Part shown: piece after piece, positions 45,401 through 56,060 of the stretch
Layout of the letters: every line of letters begins with the position of its first letter
Numbering within the stretch: the first letter of the stretch is position 1
Assembly: GCA_019828565.1 (NCBI GenBank)
Contig: JAHDYR010000042.1
Span: 1-64,000, forward strand
Origin: Carpediemonas membranifera BICM
Lineage: Eukaryota > Protista > Fornicata
Direction of reading: 5' to 3'
DNA length: 64,000 bases
Program-made: the position numbers and the translations under genes
Notes under the pieces: generated by a model
Told to the model about the DNA's origin: nothing
Seen by the model: the letters and a program-made list of their open reading frames with translations, nothing else
Database searches by the model: none

Positions 45401-48400
45401 TCGAAGTCGAGCGTCGACTTGCCCAGGGTGGCCGTGTTGAGAAACGAGTCCTGGAACTGCTGTGAGCCCATGCTGGGCGTCTGGAACGAGATCACTCGCC
45501 GCTCGAGGGCTGCCTTTGTCAGGGACCCGTTGAGGCGCTTTCGTTTCGTCGTGACGTTGGTGACATTGACGAGGTGCCGCACGAGTCTCGCGGGCACATG
45601 CAGGAAGATGTTGAAGTGCTCCTCATGGTAGCGGCGGACGGCGACGAAAGACTTCTTGAGGACGAAGATCTGCAGCAGGAGAACCACCGTCACAGTGATA
45701 CCCCAGATAACCGCGAACGTGCCAACCACAATGTACCAGAATACACTCAGCGTGCTGCCTATCGAGTCGGCGACACATTCCATCGCCACCCGGAACGATA
45801 CGGCGCTGTTCGCGAGGGCCAGGTGGGCGCTGCGTGTGTCCCCGGCGGCGGCCTCCCGGAGCTGGATGAGAAGCGTCTGTCCGAGGTCGATGGGGCTGGC
45901 GCTGTCGTACTGCACGACCGCGGGGACGGTGGCGGCCAGCCCGGCTCGGAACACCCAGGCGTCGTTGATGGCGTCGAAGACATCGGTGGCGAGGAAGCCG
46001 AGGATTGTCACGTCGAGGGCGTCCATCGCGCCGAGGGCGTCGCTGAGGGTGTTAATGGCACCACCCGGGTCTGCCATCTCGGCCGTGTCGAAGCCGTCGT
46101 AGTTCTCGGAGATTGCCATGGTCAGGAACGTAGCCCGGGCTGCTGCAACCTGTCCTGCAGCGATGGTCCGTTGCAGGGCGAGCAGACGGAAGTAGAAGAT
46201 GTTGGCGAGCTGGAAAAAGATGGAAGCGAAGAGGAAAAGCCCGGTCAGCACCAGCATCAGCGCGCACACGTTCCGCCGCAGCTTCCGCACCGTGGGGCTC
46301 TGCGAGTTCGACACGTGCAGCGTCAGGACATCGCTGACAGTCATGGCAGCCCGCACGGTCGTCGCCGTCGCGTTGGACTGGCTCTCGCTGGCGTGTGACT
46401 CGTCGTCGGACAGGTCCCTGTTCTCGAGGGCGATCTGGTCGGCGATCTCTCTCAGTCGGTCGGCGGTCTCGTTCTCCCGCTTGACGTTAGTCAGGAACTC
46501 GGCGTAGTGCTTGATCAGGTGGACGCGGCGGGGGAATGCCCGCAGCACCTCGATGAACAGATGATCCGCCTGGGACGACTGGGCGTAGATGTTCTCGGCC
46601 ACCCGAGCCAGGTCCTCCGCCCGAGGGTTCTTCGAGTCGAGGGAGCGCCAGAACTGGTGGATGGACCTCCTGGCGCCCTGGGCCAGCACCTTGGCCTGTC
46701 GCTCCTTGTTGTGGAGGTCGGCAAGTTCATCCGAGGTGAAGCCGGTCTCCTGCCGTTGCCGTAGCCTGTTGGCCTCACATCGTACGGCCGTGAGCATCAT
46801 CATCCCCGCCGTCGACATGCCCCTGAGCACACCCCGCTCGATGAGACGGGGGATCTGGCCGATGTCGAACAGGGCGGCGTCGTGATTGGCGTCAATGTGG
46901 ATTGAGAACAGAACGAGCGTTATCCTGTCCCTCGAGGACCTTGTCCTGGCCGCCGCAGTCTGTGTGATCCGGAAGAGGTGAGCGATGAGGGTTGCCTTGG
47001 TCTTGTCCGCTCTGGCCGTGGGTGAGGTCACCGAGAGCATGTCAAAGCGGTCCGAGTTGTGCTTGATACGTGCCCGGAACAGGCGATGCGTCTGGACCTG
47101 CAGGTAGACGTAGTGCGCGACGGTGATGTTGCCCCAGTCGGGCGGTAGCTCGTCCTGCTCGAGCGGGATGATGCTGGACGCGTGGTGGTGCGACCGGTTG
47201 TCGAGCTTGAGCACACCGCTCGGCACCCTGCTGAGCGACGAGTGGTCGAGGGGCACTGGCCGGCCGTGCTTGCCGAAGAGCAGATGAAGGAGGAATACCT
47301 TGGTCCCCGCGACGAAGACCGCGCAGATGACGGTGGCGACGACGGCGACTGGGACGAGACTAATGAAATAAACGGAGATGGGCGCGACGAAGCATGGCAT
47401 GAGGACAGTGATGAGGCTCCATAACCAGCGGAGGAGGCTGGCGTGGGGCGGGAAGATGATGAGCCCGACCAGCGCAGCGAACGAGAGAAAGCAGATGGCC
47501 ACGGCGGGTACGTACGCCGAGAGAGACAGCCCCAGCCCAGCGGCGGCCGTGGTGTTGATCACGGTCACTGCGACTGACAGGAGGGGCTGGACGAAGATCG
47601 CAAGGGTAGGGAAGTCCACAAAGCGCACAGAGGTCGAGGACACAGTCTCGCTGAAGTGCACGAGGCCGGAGAAGAGCGTGAATGCGACGAGCACGGCAAG
47701 CCCAACCCGCCCGAGCCCCGTCACCAGTGTATTGAGGTACCAGGCAAACGAGGGCGCCGTCAGATCAGCAAGCGTCCCGCCTTCCTTCAGCAGCGGCGCC
47801 GCGAGGACCTGTGCGGCCGGGATGAGGAGGGGGCCGACGAGGACGCGGATCAGCGTGTCCAGGAGGGATACACGGCGTTTGGACCGGCCATTTCTGTTCA
47901 GTATGAGCTCTACGCATAGCCAGGCAAGCAGAAATAGGATTGCAATGCTCACCCCCGCACACGCCGCGACGACTGCAGTTGTGTTGGATCCAATGTACGT
48001 GAGGGGTAGAAAAAAGCGAAACGCCCAGAACAGATAGCTAGAGTCGTTATGAATGGCCGGGGAAAGGGCAATACCGAGCAGTTCGAGGGGAATTGGGGTG
48101 TTCAGTAACCGATAGAGCCTACGCCACTTCCACTGGCGAGATCGTACAGTAGAAACATGAAAACACATGCGTTTTTGAAGTATGTTCATGTCTAATGGGG
48201 CCAGAAAACCGATTGCACCAGTCTGTGGGCCTCTAGAGGCAGAATGCCGCGAAGTTGAGGCAACGGAGCGTGCAACGTGCGGAGAATCCGTACCATCAGA
48301 GCGTCTGGAGGATAGATTAGAGAATTGATACATCCAGAGTGAGCTCAGTGCGGAGAGTACAGCTCCAGCCCTCTTTCGGCAATATGAATATGATGAATTC

Positions 48401-48402
48401 AA
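42433..48402 (-). CDS. Very large polytopic membrane protein, TmcB/TmcC-like (start uncertain)
   Basis: 1989-aa ORF; N-terminal TM bundle; FW..L...FPRRVHLIKHYAEFL..VK helical motif; repeated TM pairs ending in L..IP motifs. Confidence 0.65.
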   Translation of the reverse strand: MNSSYSYCRKRAGAVLSALSSLWMYQFSNLSSRRSDGTDSPHVARSVASTSRHSASRGPQTGAIGFLAPLDMNILQKRMCFHVSTVRSRQWKWRRLYRLLNTPIPLELLGIALSPAIHNDSSYLFWAFRFFLPLTYIGSNTTAVVAACAGVSIAILFLLAWLCVELILNRNGRSKRRVSLLDTLIRVLVGPLLIPAAQVLAAPLLKEGGTLADLTAPSFAWYLNTLVTGLGRVGLAVLVAFTLFSGLVHFSETVSSTSVRFVDFPTLAIFVQPLLSVAVTVINTTAAAGLGLSLSAYVPAVAICFLSFAALVGLIIFPPHASLLRWLWSLITVLMPCFVAPISVYFISLVPVAVVATVICAVFVAGTKVFLLHLLFGKHGRPVPLDHSSLSRVPSGVLKLDNRSHHHASSIIPLEQDELPPDWGNITVAHYVYLQVQTHRLFRARIKHNSDRFDMLSVTSPTARADKTKATLIAHLFRITQTAAARTRSSRDRITLVLFSIHIDANHDAALFDIGQIPRLIERGVLRGMSTAGMMMLTAVRCEANRLRQRQETGFTSDELADLHNKERQAKVLAQGARRSIHQFWRSLDSKNPRAEDLARVAENIYAQSSQADHLFIEVLRAFPRRVHLIKHYAEFLTNVKRENETADRLREIADQIALENRDLSDDESHASESQSNATATTVRAAMTVSDVLTLHVSNSQSPTVRKLRRNVCALMLVLTGLFLFASIFFQLANIFYFRLLALQRTIAAGQVAAARATFLTMAISENYDGFDTAEMADPGGAINTLSDALGAMDALDVTILGFLATDVFDAINDAWVFRAGLAATVPAVVQYDSASPIDLGQTLLIQLREAAAGDTRSAHLALANSAVSFRVAMECVADSIGSTLSVFWYIVVGTFAVIWGITVTVVLLLQIFVLKKSFVAVRRYHEEHFNIFLHVPARLVRHLVNVTNVTTKRKRLNGSLTKAALERRVISFQTPSMGSQQFQDSFLNTATLGKSTLDFDRDEDQEFDDFDDDDEGESLRISTDTDSQAYVLMKDDNGVDLAEIVTDLAGMHSKLHFRLRLIWVVLVTMLAVGVGIICVLVCTSSYIIYLYPQLRSSFDEADKTVLVIDELQDLLDSRTWDAMRVAHGRYLKTEQDYWAINSSTADVVDALTLAASDLGSTHDGLVAALNSERSLAYLEANSILLSRSAWGLGTESRCQLTGWSYNLTAETAYQADRAVYGPDRAKWGYYSDSAADLALDPADKIEIARAVIADDKYWALKTGSTAGILDVRTFVLARSTAEVSTLVTEQATVLKVQGYTLTTLLVLRILATAILVVGLFINLRMKVVDINRLDVIREMYRLGLDAMNGEVVRHPAIVALGESTDSLRKALDRADVVSRSRASLLSLRSQTRSPDVMSVDSAHSPAFSVVSIARSTRSGTNAFSVGLSSLMRDASEATTIFEGNEQKIAAISQDKSFLGRMNALGKNLFLNVFIMIIILLCLSVALNFVADNIGTRTLTLNDQSQVKHDFLSDASDFSVALRGVLRASRLFSQHFETARLEEVEDAIAVDPTLFVLVDDDVDEQFTATVASFRSHWTAMVNLTRVSAQLGIWAAAVPATVAPSLHNYEYDGAAEPGYASDLLSFPGRAVYHNSTYDATLSSDTQAALSRSLLFDDKFEYLIDSMRSELDSLRDMFSAYSNDIVDTQGTEVIMLIGVFIGFVCAVICTYYMFCRFVLQIATPPALQKINVVRQHLELPRILKFRRISTSTLWVIAVVLSLFIAYTGLLYFPVSRTVLIADEASRAAYLFDAASRLFDIATKPSLSNHGYVAAAESMDAIRDLTQQLNDFDLFLSVTGVSGDRTDDRTLDNSTFGATPREVLASFRYSADGLDPAYSGECISIGGLEGADFLSATQLAVPLGDLYDENTSIVADAITAFHYGFWLGQVPLLLLGITVLLASYRVVFHPIFRRLSDDEKMVSGLLDMIPRDQIIPDTLLGDFLGVTRAESG

Positions 48403-48694
48403 GCATGATCACCCTCGCCAGGCTGACTAGGCCTCTCTCGCCGGCTTTTCGGTAGCCAATGCCAACTTCATCCGGTTATTGAGCGTTTCGATGGTACAAG
48501 CTGAGGTTTTGCGCCAGTTCTGGTCTTACATGCCTGTCGACCGCGCCAGGGCGCGAACAATAATAAAACGGGTCGTGGGGGCTATAACCATTCCAGTGTC
48601 CTGCCATGTACACATGGTGACACTTATAGGGCCGAGCTTTCGTCGATACTGGATTGTGTTGGAAAAAAGCTGGCAACGAGCAGAAAAGCCCGAA

Positions 48695-49038
48695 ATGACT
48701 GATACGACGAACGCCACCGTTGTATTCCATGGCGAAGATCACACACTTGGGAATGCTCTGAGATACTGCCTTGCGAGAGAGTTTGTTGCGGCTTATTTCC
48801 CTTATTCAGCGAAGAGGTTGATTTCGCCGGCTACACAGTTCCCCACCCCGCAGAAAGCCGAATGGTTGTTAGAATTCAGACCAATGGTACGTTTCCATGT
48901 TGATCATCTCACACATGCATCCCAGCAGCGACGGCGCTCCACCGGGCAGCAGATACGCTCGAGAACATTGCGGACGACATTCTAGACAAGTTTAATACGG
49001 CGCTGAACGACTTTGAGGAGGACGAGGACGCCTTCTGA
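48695..49038 (+). CDS. RPAC2: RNA polymerase I/III subunit AC19; introns 48781-48809 and 48887-48916/48925
   Basis: Spliced product contains GEDHTLGNALRY..DEEVDFAGYTVPHP..RIQT. Confidence 0.9.
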
Positions 49039-49214
49039 GGTGAACATGATATGAACATCTAAATTTTGCGGACAATGATGGCATCCCCCCGAGGAAGACC
49101 AGACCCATAAAGATGAGAAGCCGATGAGCGTAATCAAACACGGCAGGGACGCACTGGCTCGGAGCAGTGCCGACCGTCCAGCCGACTCAGGCGCAGTCGG
49201 CAGTAGTAACGACG

Positions 49215-50012
49215 ATGGACTTGCCGCCAACAAAGGGAAGAGTCCGCGTGGTGTCCTCTGTAGGGACCTTTCACATCAATTTATTTCCCGTACATGCGCC
49301 CAAGGCGTGTAGGAACTTTCTCGGTCTCTGTTTGCGGCACTACTACGATGGATGCCCTGTGTGGCGTGTGATCAAGGACCAATTCTTGCAGACCGGCGAC
49401 CCTACGGGCGAAGGAACCGGTGGAATTGCCTTCGAGGACCCCATTGAGACCGAGCCCCATCCCCGACTCAAGTTCAAGGCCGCTGGCCTCGTCTGCACCG
49501 CCGGCGAGGACAACATGCACGAGAGCCAATTCATGATCACTCTTGGTGCCATGAAATCGCTCCAGGGCCGCCAGACCATCTTCGGCGTGGTCTCACCCGA
49601 GTCTATTGGCGTGCTGCAGGCGATGAGCAGCGTCGACGTTGACGATGATGGTCGGCCGGCCAACCCGCCGGTCATCCTGAGTATCGATGTGGTGGACAAC
49701 CCGATGCCCGAGCTGGGGGCGGCAGGGTTGGATGCCGAGCTCAAGGAGGATGTGGCTGAGCCCGACGCCGAGGCACAAGACAGCGTCGTCGTCAGAATCA
49801 CGGGCCAGGTCGATGTCGACTTCGCAGCGATTGAGCCGCTGGCCAAGCGGAGGCGGCACAAGAGGAAGAAGGTTGTCCTGCCCCAGCCGGAAGAGGAGAA
49901 GCCAGCGCCGGAAGCAGTGGAGGGAGGCAATGAGACGACCCCGGCAGATCCGGTCGTACCCAAGGCCAAGACGAAGCTTGGTAGACTCAAGCGCCTGACC
50001 GCCAAGAAGTGA
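49215..50012 (+). CDS. CWC27: Cyclophilin-type PPIase, CWC27-like
   Basis: PPTKGRV, APKACRNF.GLCL..YYD, QTGDPTG.GTGG, EPHPRLKF, SQFMITL, QTIFG. Confidence 0.75.
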   Translation: MDLPPTKGRVRVVSSVGTFHINLFPVHAPKACRNFLGLCLRHYYDGCPVWRVIKDQFLQTGDPTGEGTGGIAFEDPIETEPHPRLKFKAAGLVCTAGEDNMHESQFMITLGAMKSLQGRQTIFGVVSPESIGVLQAMSSVDVDDDGRPANPPVILSIDVVDNPMPELGAAGLDAELKEDVAEPDAEAQDSVVVRITGQVDVDFAAIEPLAKRRRHKRKKVVLPQPEEEKPAPEAVEGGNETTPADPVVPKAKTKLGRLKRLTAKK

Positions 50013-50113
50013 GCAGCGCATCCGAGGCAAGGAAACAACATCGGCACCCCAGCACATAAAGCCCAGTCCCTCGGCCCAACATTTACGAATTTACTCGATT
50101 GTATCACTCCCGC

Positions 50114-50800
50114 CTACTCGAGCGCGTTGTTGAGGTGGCGCACGACGGTGTCGATGAACTGGTCGTTGTTGAGCATCGCCGACAGCATCGCCCGCACCTT
50201 CTCCCTCGAGTACGGCACCCCCTGCGGGCCCGGGGTGTGGAGCAGCCCTTCCATGACCCGCGTCACAGCCTCCTCCCCTCCTCGGGTCGGCGTCACCGTG
50301 ATCATCGGGCCGTGGGGCGAAGCTGCGGGCCCCCCTCTACTTCCGGTCGACCCGCCGTGCCGCGTCATCATTGGAGTCAGTGGTTGCGGGATGGCGCTCG
50401 GCGTGGGCTGAGAGAGGATGCTCTTTAGCTGCTCGCCGATCACAGCCTTCTCCTCGTTATTGAAGAACCAGAAGCCGTGTGTCTTGACGGCGCCCTGTCC
50501 GGTCACTCTGATGAAGATGTAGTTGTCGTCCCGTACTTCGGCCATGACGCCGGGCTGGATGGGAAGCACGAAGTGCTGAGCTGAAGCCCGATTCAGGATA
50601 ATCAGGCAGTATTTCGGATCGGATTGCCGCTCGCAGATGAATAAGGCACCCTCATAGCCGTTTGTCGTTGGTTTCACCCATTGCTTCGTTCTTGCGTCGT
50701 AGCTGTAATAAACGGTGCTTTGAGCAACGCTAAGATATCGTTCAATGCTAGAATCTACACGTCTGAGAGACTTTAGCGTCAAGCGCTCATGGTCATTCAT
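50114..50800 (-). CDS. DCP1: mRNA decapping activator, EVH1 domain
   Basis: L..LRRVD, W.K...EGALFI..R...P.Y..IILNR, GFWF. Confidence 0.85.
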   Translation of the reverse strand: MNDHERLTLKSLRRVDSSIERYLSVAQSTVYYSYDARTKQWVKPTTNGYEGALFICERQSDPKYCLIILNRASAQHFVLPIQPGVMAEVRDDNYIFIRVTGQGAVKTHGFWFFNNEEKAVIGEQLKSILSQPTPSAIPQPLTPMMTRHGGSTGSRGGPAASPHGPMITVTPTRGGEEAVTRVMEGLLHTPGPQGVPYSREKVRAMLSAMLNNDQFIDTVVRHLNNALE

Positions 50801-50954
50801 GGCAAGGCGTGCGTCTCAAACGTTGGGCAAAAGTGCTCCCCCCAAAGCTCAGACACATGCCACTGAGTGTCTGCCACCGTACGTCTTCACTTGTGGCAGT
50901 AGTCAATCCTGCCTTTACGGTGCACTTTATGTCAGGGCGGAGCGATTTGCTCAA

Positions 50955-52355
50955 ATGACGCATAGGGAGGTCCTCGATCATCCCATGAGTGGGATTCAGA
51001 AGCGTAAGAGCAAAAGTATCGCTGATTGTGAGATGCGCTTTCGTAACCAGCGTGAAGCGAATGCAAATCGAATTCGTCGTATAAGGGAGCAAGCAAAGCA
51101 GGCTGATGCGAAAAAGAGGGCTGAGGAAGATGAAATCAAGAGGAGAAATCAGGAGCGTGAGGCCAGGCAGAAAGCTGCAGCGGGAGAAGCCCAGAAGAAG
51201 ATGCAGGCCCAGCAGGCCGCCGCTCAGCCAGCACCCCTGACCAAGCCAGCACATGAGACTCCAGCGAAAGCAGCAGCTGCGCCAGCTACTGGGTTCCAGA
51301 CGAAATCGGCGTTTCCAGCGGCACCATTCGCAGCACCCAAGCCCACCGAGACGCCCCAGAAGCCGGCCCCCCTGACGCAGCCGAAGCCGACCACCGCGCC
51401 AGCACCCCCGGCTGCCAACGCAGCACCGGCGAACATCGACGTCAAGCACCAGGACCTACTCCCTGCGATCAACCTGGCCTCCCCCGCCGCCCTGAAGGCC
51501 GCCGACGGCTTCCTCACGGCGTACGAGGCCGCCCAGGCCGCGTTTACCCAGCTCTCGGCCGACCCCCAGCTGGCGGAGGCCAAGGGCCAGGTGAGCACGA
51601 TGGTGACCCAGATCGCCCTGAGCCCCGACTCCATCCGTACGAGGACGGGCCTGCTCGTCGGGCTGCTCAAGAACCCCTCGGCACCCCACAGACAGGCTCT
51701 GGCGGTCCAGTTTTCCCGGGACGTGATCACGGCCGCGGAGACCCAGGTGCAGGCACACCCCGACAGCGCCGTTGCCTTTGGTCTCGTCGTGTCGATGGTC
51801 ATGGGGGCCCTGCCTGAGGTCGGCCCGATATTCATGGGCGCGCTCGGGCGGAAGACGCCGTGGATCGTCCCGAGGCTGCCCCGCAAGCTCAAAGGCGAGG
51901 CCCCGGCCGATACGCAGAAGCGGCGCGGCTACAGGGCCCCGAACGGCGCGCTCGAGACGGAGGAGGACTACACCAACCGCGTCCTCGCCCACACCAGGCT
52001 CCTCGCAGCGGTGTTCGTTGCCGCGCCCTTCCAGGTGCAGGGCCTTGAGCCCAAACCCCCGCTGTTCGGCATCGAGCACGCCTGGGTGTACGTTGCCCGG
52101 CTGCTGAACATGAAGGTCCCCCCCATGAAGATCGCCCTCGACATCCTCTGGGCGTTCCTGTCGATCTCGGGATACGATCTCTGTAGGACGTATCCGGACC
52201 GGATGAAGGCGCTCGTTGACCTGCTCGAGGGCCAGTTCATCCCGGCCTGCAAGTTCGAGACACCCGGCCTGACCCGCGTCCAGGACCTCGTCGAGCAGTA
52301 CCGCAAGACAGGGTCGCTGACCAGGCCGCAGGGGCAGGCAGAGATATATGGTTGA
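50955..52355 (+). CDS. GLE1: mRNA export factor GLE1 (start uncertain)
   Basis: Coiled-coil N-terminus; AETQV, PWIVP, GYR, E.EEDY..R, GIEHAW...ARLLN. Confidence 0.8.
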   Translation: MTHREVLDHPMSGIQKRKSKSIADCEMRFRNQREANANRIRRIREQAKQADAKKRAEEDEIKRRNQEREARQKAAAGEAQKKMQAQQAAAQPAPLTKPAHETPAKAAAAPATGFQTKSAFPAAPFAAPKPTETPQKPAPLTQPKPTTAPAPPAANAAPANIDVKHQDLLPAINLASPAALKAADGFLTAYEAAQAAFTQLSADPQLAEAKGQVSTMVTQIALSPDSIRTRTGLLVGLLKNPSAPHRQALAVQFSRDVITAAETQVQAHPDSAVAFGLVVSMVMGALPEVGPIFMGALGRKTPWIVPRLPRKLKGEAPADTQKRRGYRAPNGALETEEDYTNRVLAHTRLLAAVFVAAPFQVQGLEPKPPLFGIEHAWVYVARLLNMKVPPMKIALDILWAFLSISGYDLCRTYPDRMKALVDLLEGQFIPACKFETPGLTRVQDLVEQYRKTGSLTRPQGQAEIYG

Positions 52356-52550
52356 GCTCTTTCATGGATATAAATGCGGCGCTTTGTGCAGACCTGGCTC
52401 GGCCAAGAGTGGAGGCCTTAAACGCCGGTAGAGCGATAAATAACGCTACTTCAAACTCGATGGGGAGATAGCACACAACACCCGATCACAGATTACAGAT
52501 ACGCCCATGATCTTTGGAATTCAACAACGGTCAACGACGACACAAAACCA

Positions 52551-54176
52551 ATGGAGAGCGACTCTTATCAAACGCCGGAGGAAAACACATCAACACTCGT
52601 GATGCCTGCGGTAGATAGCGATCATCTGAGCGATGATATCTCGCCAACGCCTGACGATGACTCCACATACACGGAAAGCTACATCCCGGCCCGTATTGAC
52701 CGGCTTCCGTGGACCTGGTGGCACACCTACTTCGTTCTTGCGCTTGGCGTCTCCTGGGTTCTCGACGGCCTCGAGGTGACAACCATTTCTCTCATCGGCA
52801 ACATTCTCCGCAGTCACACCCACGGCCTGGGCCTCAGCCAGGCACAAGTGGGCTACTGCGGCACTGTATACGTCTGTGGCGCTGTTACTGGCTCTCTTTT
52901 CTTCGGTTTCTTGTCCGACCGCATTGGCCGCCGCAAGCTCTTCTTCGTCGCCCCCTCCATCTACCTTTGCAGTACGTTCCTCACGTCCCTCACGTTTTTC
53001 AAGCTGTGGCTATTCGTGTGCCTCTTCTTCACGGGCTTCGGCATCGGCGGCGAGTACTCTGCGATGAACAGTGCCATCAACGAGCTCATCCCATCGAGAG
53101 TCCGCGGCGTCATCAGCATCCTCATCAACGGTACGTACTGGGCCGGCGCAGCCATCGGCGGCACCCTTTCGACGCTCCTGCTCGACACGATCGGGCTCTA
53201 CTTCCCGACGATCGGCTGGCGGCTGCCGTGGATCCTGGGCGCGGTCATGGGCGTCCTGATCTTCATCGCCCGTATCCGCCTGCCCGAGTCGCCCCGCTGG
53301 CTCCTGTCTCGAGGCCGCACGGAGGATGCGGACAAGATTGTTCTCAAGCTCGAGCGCTACGTCGAGAAGCACGGCCGGAAGAAGAAGACATTCGTCCGCC
53401 CGACCTCCGACGAGCACGCGGGGGAGCTGGGCATCCCGTCGACCGTGATCAACCGCAAGCCAGTGCCGTACTCGATCGTGCTGAAGGCCGTCTTCACGCA
53501 GTACAAGACCCGGTCGTTCCTGTGTTTCACGCTCATGGTGTGCCAGGCCTTCTTCTACAACGCCGTCTTCTTCAGCTACTCGTCGATCCTTACGGTCTAC
53601 TACGGCGTGCCGGACTACGACACCGGGCTCTTCATCGTCCCCTTCGCCATCGGGAACTACTCCGGCGCCGTCGTCCTAGGTCAGTTGTTTGATAGAATAG
53701 GGCGCAAGCCCGCCATCTCCGGCACCTTCGCGTTGTCCGGCATCCTCCTGATCGTGACCGGCGTCATGTTCCTCGCAGACATGTTCAACGCGCTCACACA
53801 GACGATGGCATGGTCGGCCGTCTTCTTCGTTGCATCTAGCGCTGCCTCTAGCGGCTACCTGACCATCTCCGAGGTTTTTCCTGCCGAGATGCGTGCGGCG
53901 GCCATCGCTATCTTCTACAGCAGCGGGACAGCGCTGGGCGGGATGCTCGGCCCCGTCATCTTCAGCCACCTCATCAAGAAGGACAACAAGATGACCCTCT
54001 TCGCAGGATACGTCTTCGTCAGCATCCTCATGATCTTCGCCGCCATCACGGAGCTTGTAATCGGCATCGAGACCGCGGGCAAGAGCCTCGAGGACATCAG
54101 CAAGCCCCTGGGCGCCGTCGAACGGCCCAAGACCAGCGACCGCGAGGCCGACGCCCAGCCCCTGCTCGCTGAGTAG
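52551..54176 (+). CDS. MFS sugar-porter-like transporter
   Basis: 12-TM pattern; SDRIGRR, GIGGEY, ELIP..RG, LPESPRWL, DRIGRK, SEVFP..R, ET.GKSLE. Confidence 0.92.
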   Translation: MESDSYQTPEENTSTLVMPAVDSDHLSDDISPTPDDDSTYTESYIPARIDRLPWTWWHTYFVLALGVSWVLDGLEVTTISLIGNILRSHTHGLGLSQAQVGYCGTVYVCGAVTGSLFFGFLSDRIGRRKLFFVAPSIYLCSTFLTSLTFFKLWLFVCLFFTGFGIGGEYSAMNSAINELIPSRVRGVISILINGTYWAGAAIGGTLSTLLLDTIGLYFPTIGWRLPWILGAVMGVLIFIARIRLPESPRWLLSRGRTEDADKIVLKLERYVEKHGRKKKTFVRPTSDEHAGELGIPSTVINRKPVPYSIVLKAVFTQYKTRSFLCFTLMVCQAFFYNAVFFSYSSILTVYYGVPDYDTGLFIVPFAIGNYSGAVVLGQLFDRIGRKPAISGTFALSGILLIVTGVMFLADMFNALTQTMAWSAVFFVASSAASSGYLTISEVFPAEMRAAAIAIFYSSGTALGGMLGPVIFSHLIKKDNKMTLFAGYVFVSILMIFAAITELVIGIETAGKSLEDISKPLGAVERPKTSDREADAQPLLAE

Positions 54177-54318
54177 GCAGTAAAGATGGTGTTTAGGGAA
54201 GAATGAATATGTGGCGTCAGCAATGCTTTACCGATAATGTACCGTATCAATTTGTTCGTTCCGTTGTCAATAATAATCTCAGGCGCTGTGTCATATGTAA
54301 CTCACGTAAATCCCCCGT

Positions 54319-55804
54319 CTACGAATCATCCAGGGCCGCCTGGATCGCACCCACCCAGACGTCCGCCTCGTTGTCCACGCTCTTGAACACGTAGGTCCGC
54401 GCCGGGACGGCAATCGTGAACCGCCGCTTGTCGCTCCGCATCTTGGCCTCGAGGCTGCGTGTCCAGGGGATCTCGCCCTTCTGGACGGGCTGATCCTTGC
54501 TGGCGTCGAAGTAGAGCAGCCTCGGGTAGTCGGTGAGGATGAGCGTCCGCCTGCGGTAGGGCTTCAGGTTCTTACGCTTGAGCACCTCCCCAATCATGAT
54601 GATGGACTCCTTGCTGAAGAGGAACGGCTTGAACGCCGAAACCCTCCCGTTCGCCTTGGCCACCCTGTCGGAGACCCTCGCGTTCTTCACCACGAGGGGC
54701 GTGGACGCAGGGTAGTCTGGGATGGGAGCCGGCCGGGACACCGGGGTCGACGGGACAGTGAAGACGCGGCGAGAGGATGATGACTCGTGGAGGGGCGACA
54801 CAGAGTTGAGGCTGGATGACATCGAGGTGATGTCCGCGCTCGACATCAGCGGCTCCCAGCTGTCCGCGAACATGTCCCGCCGCATGCCGTCCACAGCGGC
54901 CTCGAGCTCGTCCATCTTCACTGGGATGGGGCCGGGGGTGGTGTCGCGAATGAACGGATGGTCGAAAAGCTCTTGGAGGTCGGTCGCACCGAGCCGCTCG
55001 GCCGGTTTGACCACGAGGATGCGGCGGATGAAGTCCTTGGCGTCCTCGCCGTACGTCCAGTTGCGGGGGAACGAGAACTTTCCCGAGCAGATGGACTCGA
55101 ACAGGAGGTATTCAGACGGCTCCTGGAAGGGTCGCTTCCCGGTCAGCAGCTGGAATACGATGCACCCGACAGACCAGAGGTCCGCAGCGTACGTCTGCTC
55201 AAGGTCCTCGAGGATCTCAGGGGCGACGTATTGCGCCGTGCCGACGAACGTACCCTTGCGGGACTCGGGCGGGGTGGTGTGGGGCATGTCGAATGAAGGG
55301 TCGCACACCTTGGCACAGGCGAAGTCGGCGAGCTTGATATATCCCTCCTTGGATATGAACACGTTCTCCGGCTTGAGGTCACGGTGGATGACAGATTTTT
55401 CTCTCAGAACCATGAGTGCTTCGATGAGCTGGATTGTGATGATGCGCACCCAGTCGAGAGGAAGCTTGCCCATGTGTTTCATGAGCTGGAACAGGTCACA
55501 CACGCACAGTTCTATCACAAAGTCTGGGTAACTGGTCCGAAATGAACGAACAAATGTTGTCCTCATCCGAAAACGTGGCATAGAGTGCAATGGTTCGGTC
55601 GGACGACACTATCTGAAGCACTGTTTTCTCAGTAAAGGCATCAGCGATTCGGTCTTGTTGGATAAGCATCCTTTTGGACACGCTTTTCATCGCGACCTTC
55701 TTCTTCTGCCCCCCGGGAGTATCATATGTGGCACTATATACATTCGCAAAGGTCCCTTCCCCAATCAGGTCTCGTATTTTCACTGATCCTCCACTCATGC
55801 CCAT
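54319..55804 (-). CDS. PDK1: 3-phosphoinositide-dependent kinase 1 (kinase + PH domain); intron 55524-55551
   Basis: GEGTFANV, HRDLKPEN, TFVGTAQYVAPE, SEYLLF, RR.LILTD.PRL.Y.D, KGEIPW. Confidence 0.9.
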
Positions 55805-56060
55805 GGCAACACTATGTGTGCTCATCGGGCTGTGATCTGCGCAGTTTAACAAAACTGAACTGTAGCGTTGGGTGTAGCGCCCATGTGACCCATGTGACAG
55901 CACAGGAATGCGGCGCTAGGCCCTCGTTTCGGCCCGACTTCACCTGGTAGGCTGATCTTTATCAGTAAAAAATGGACGGTCGGCGCAACAATCACTTCTC
56001 GAACCTCAAAGATCGCCGAGAAATATTGGGTCGAGCGAAATTACTCGTAAATTGATTGGA

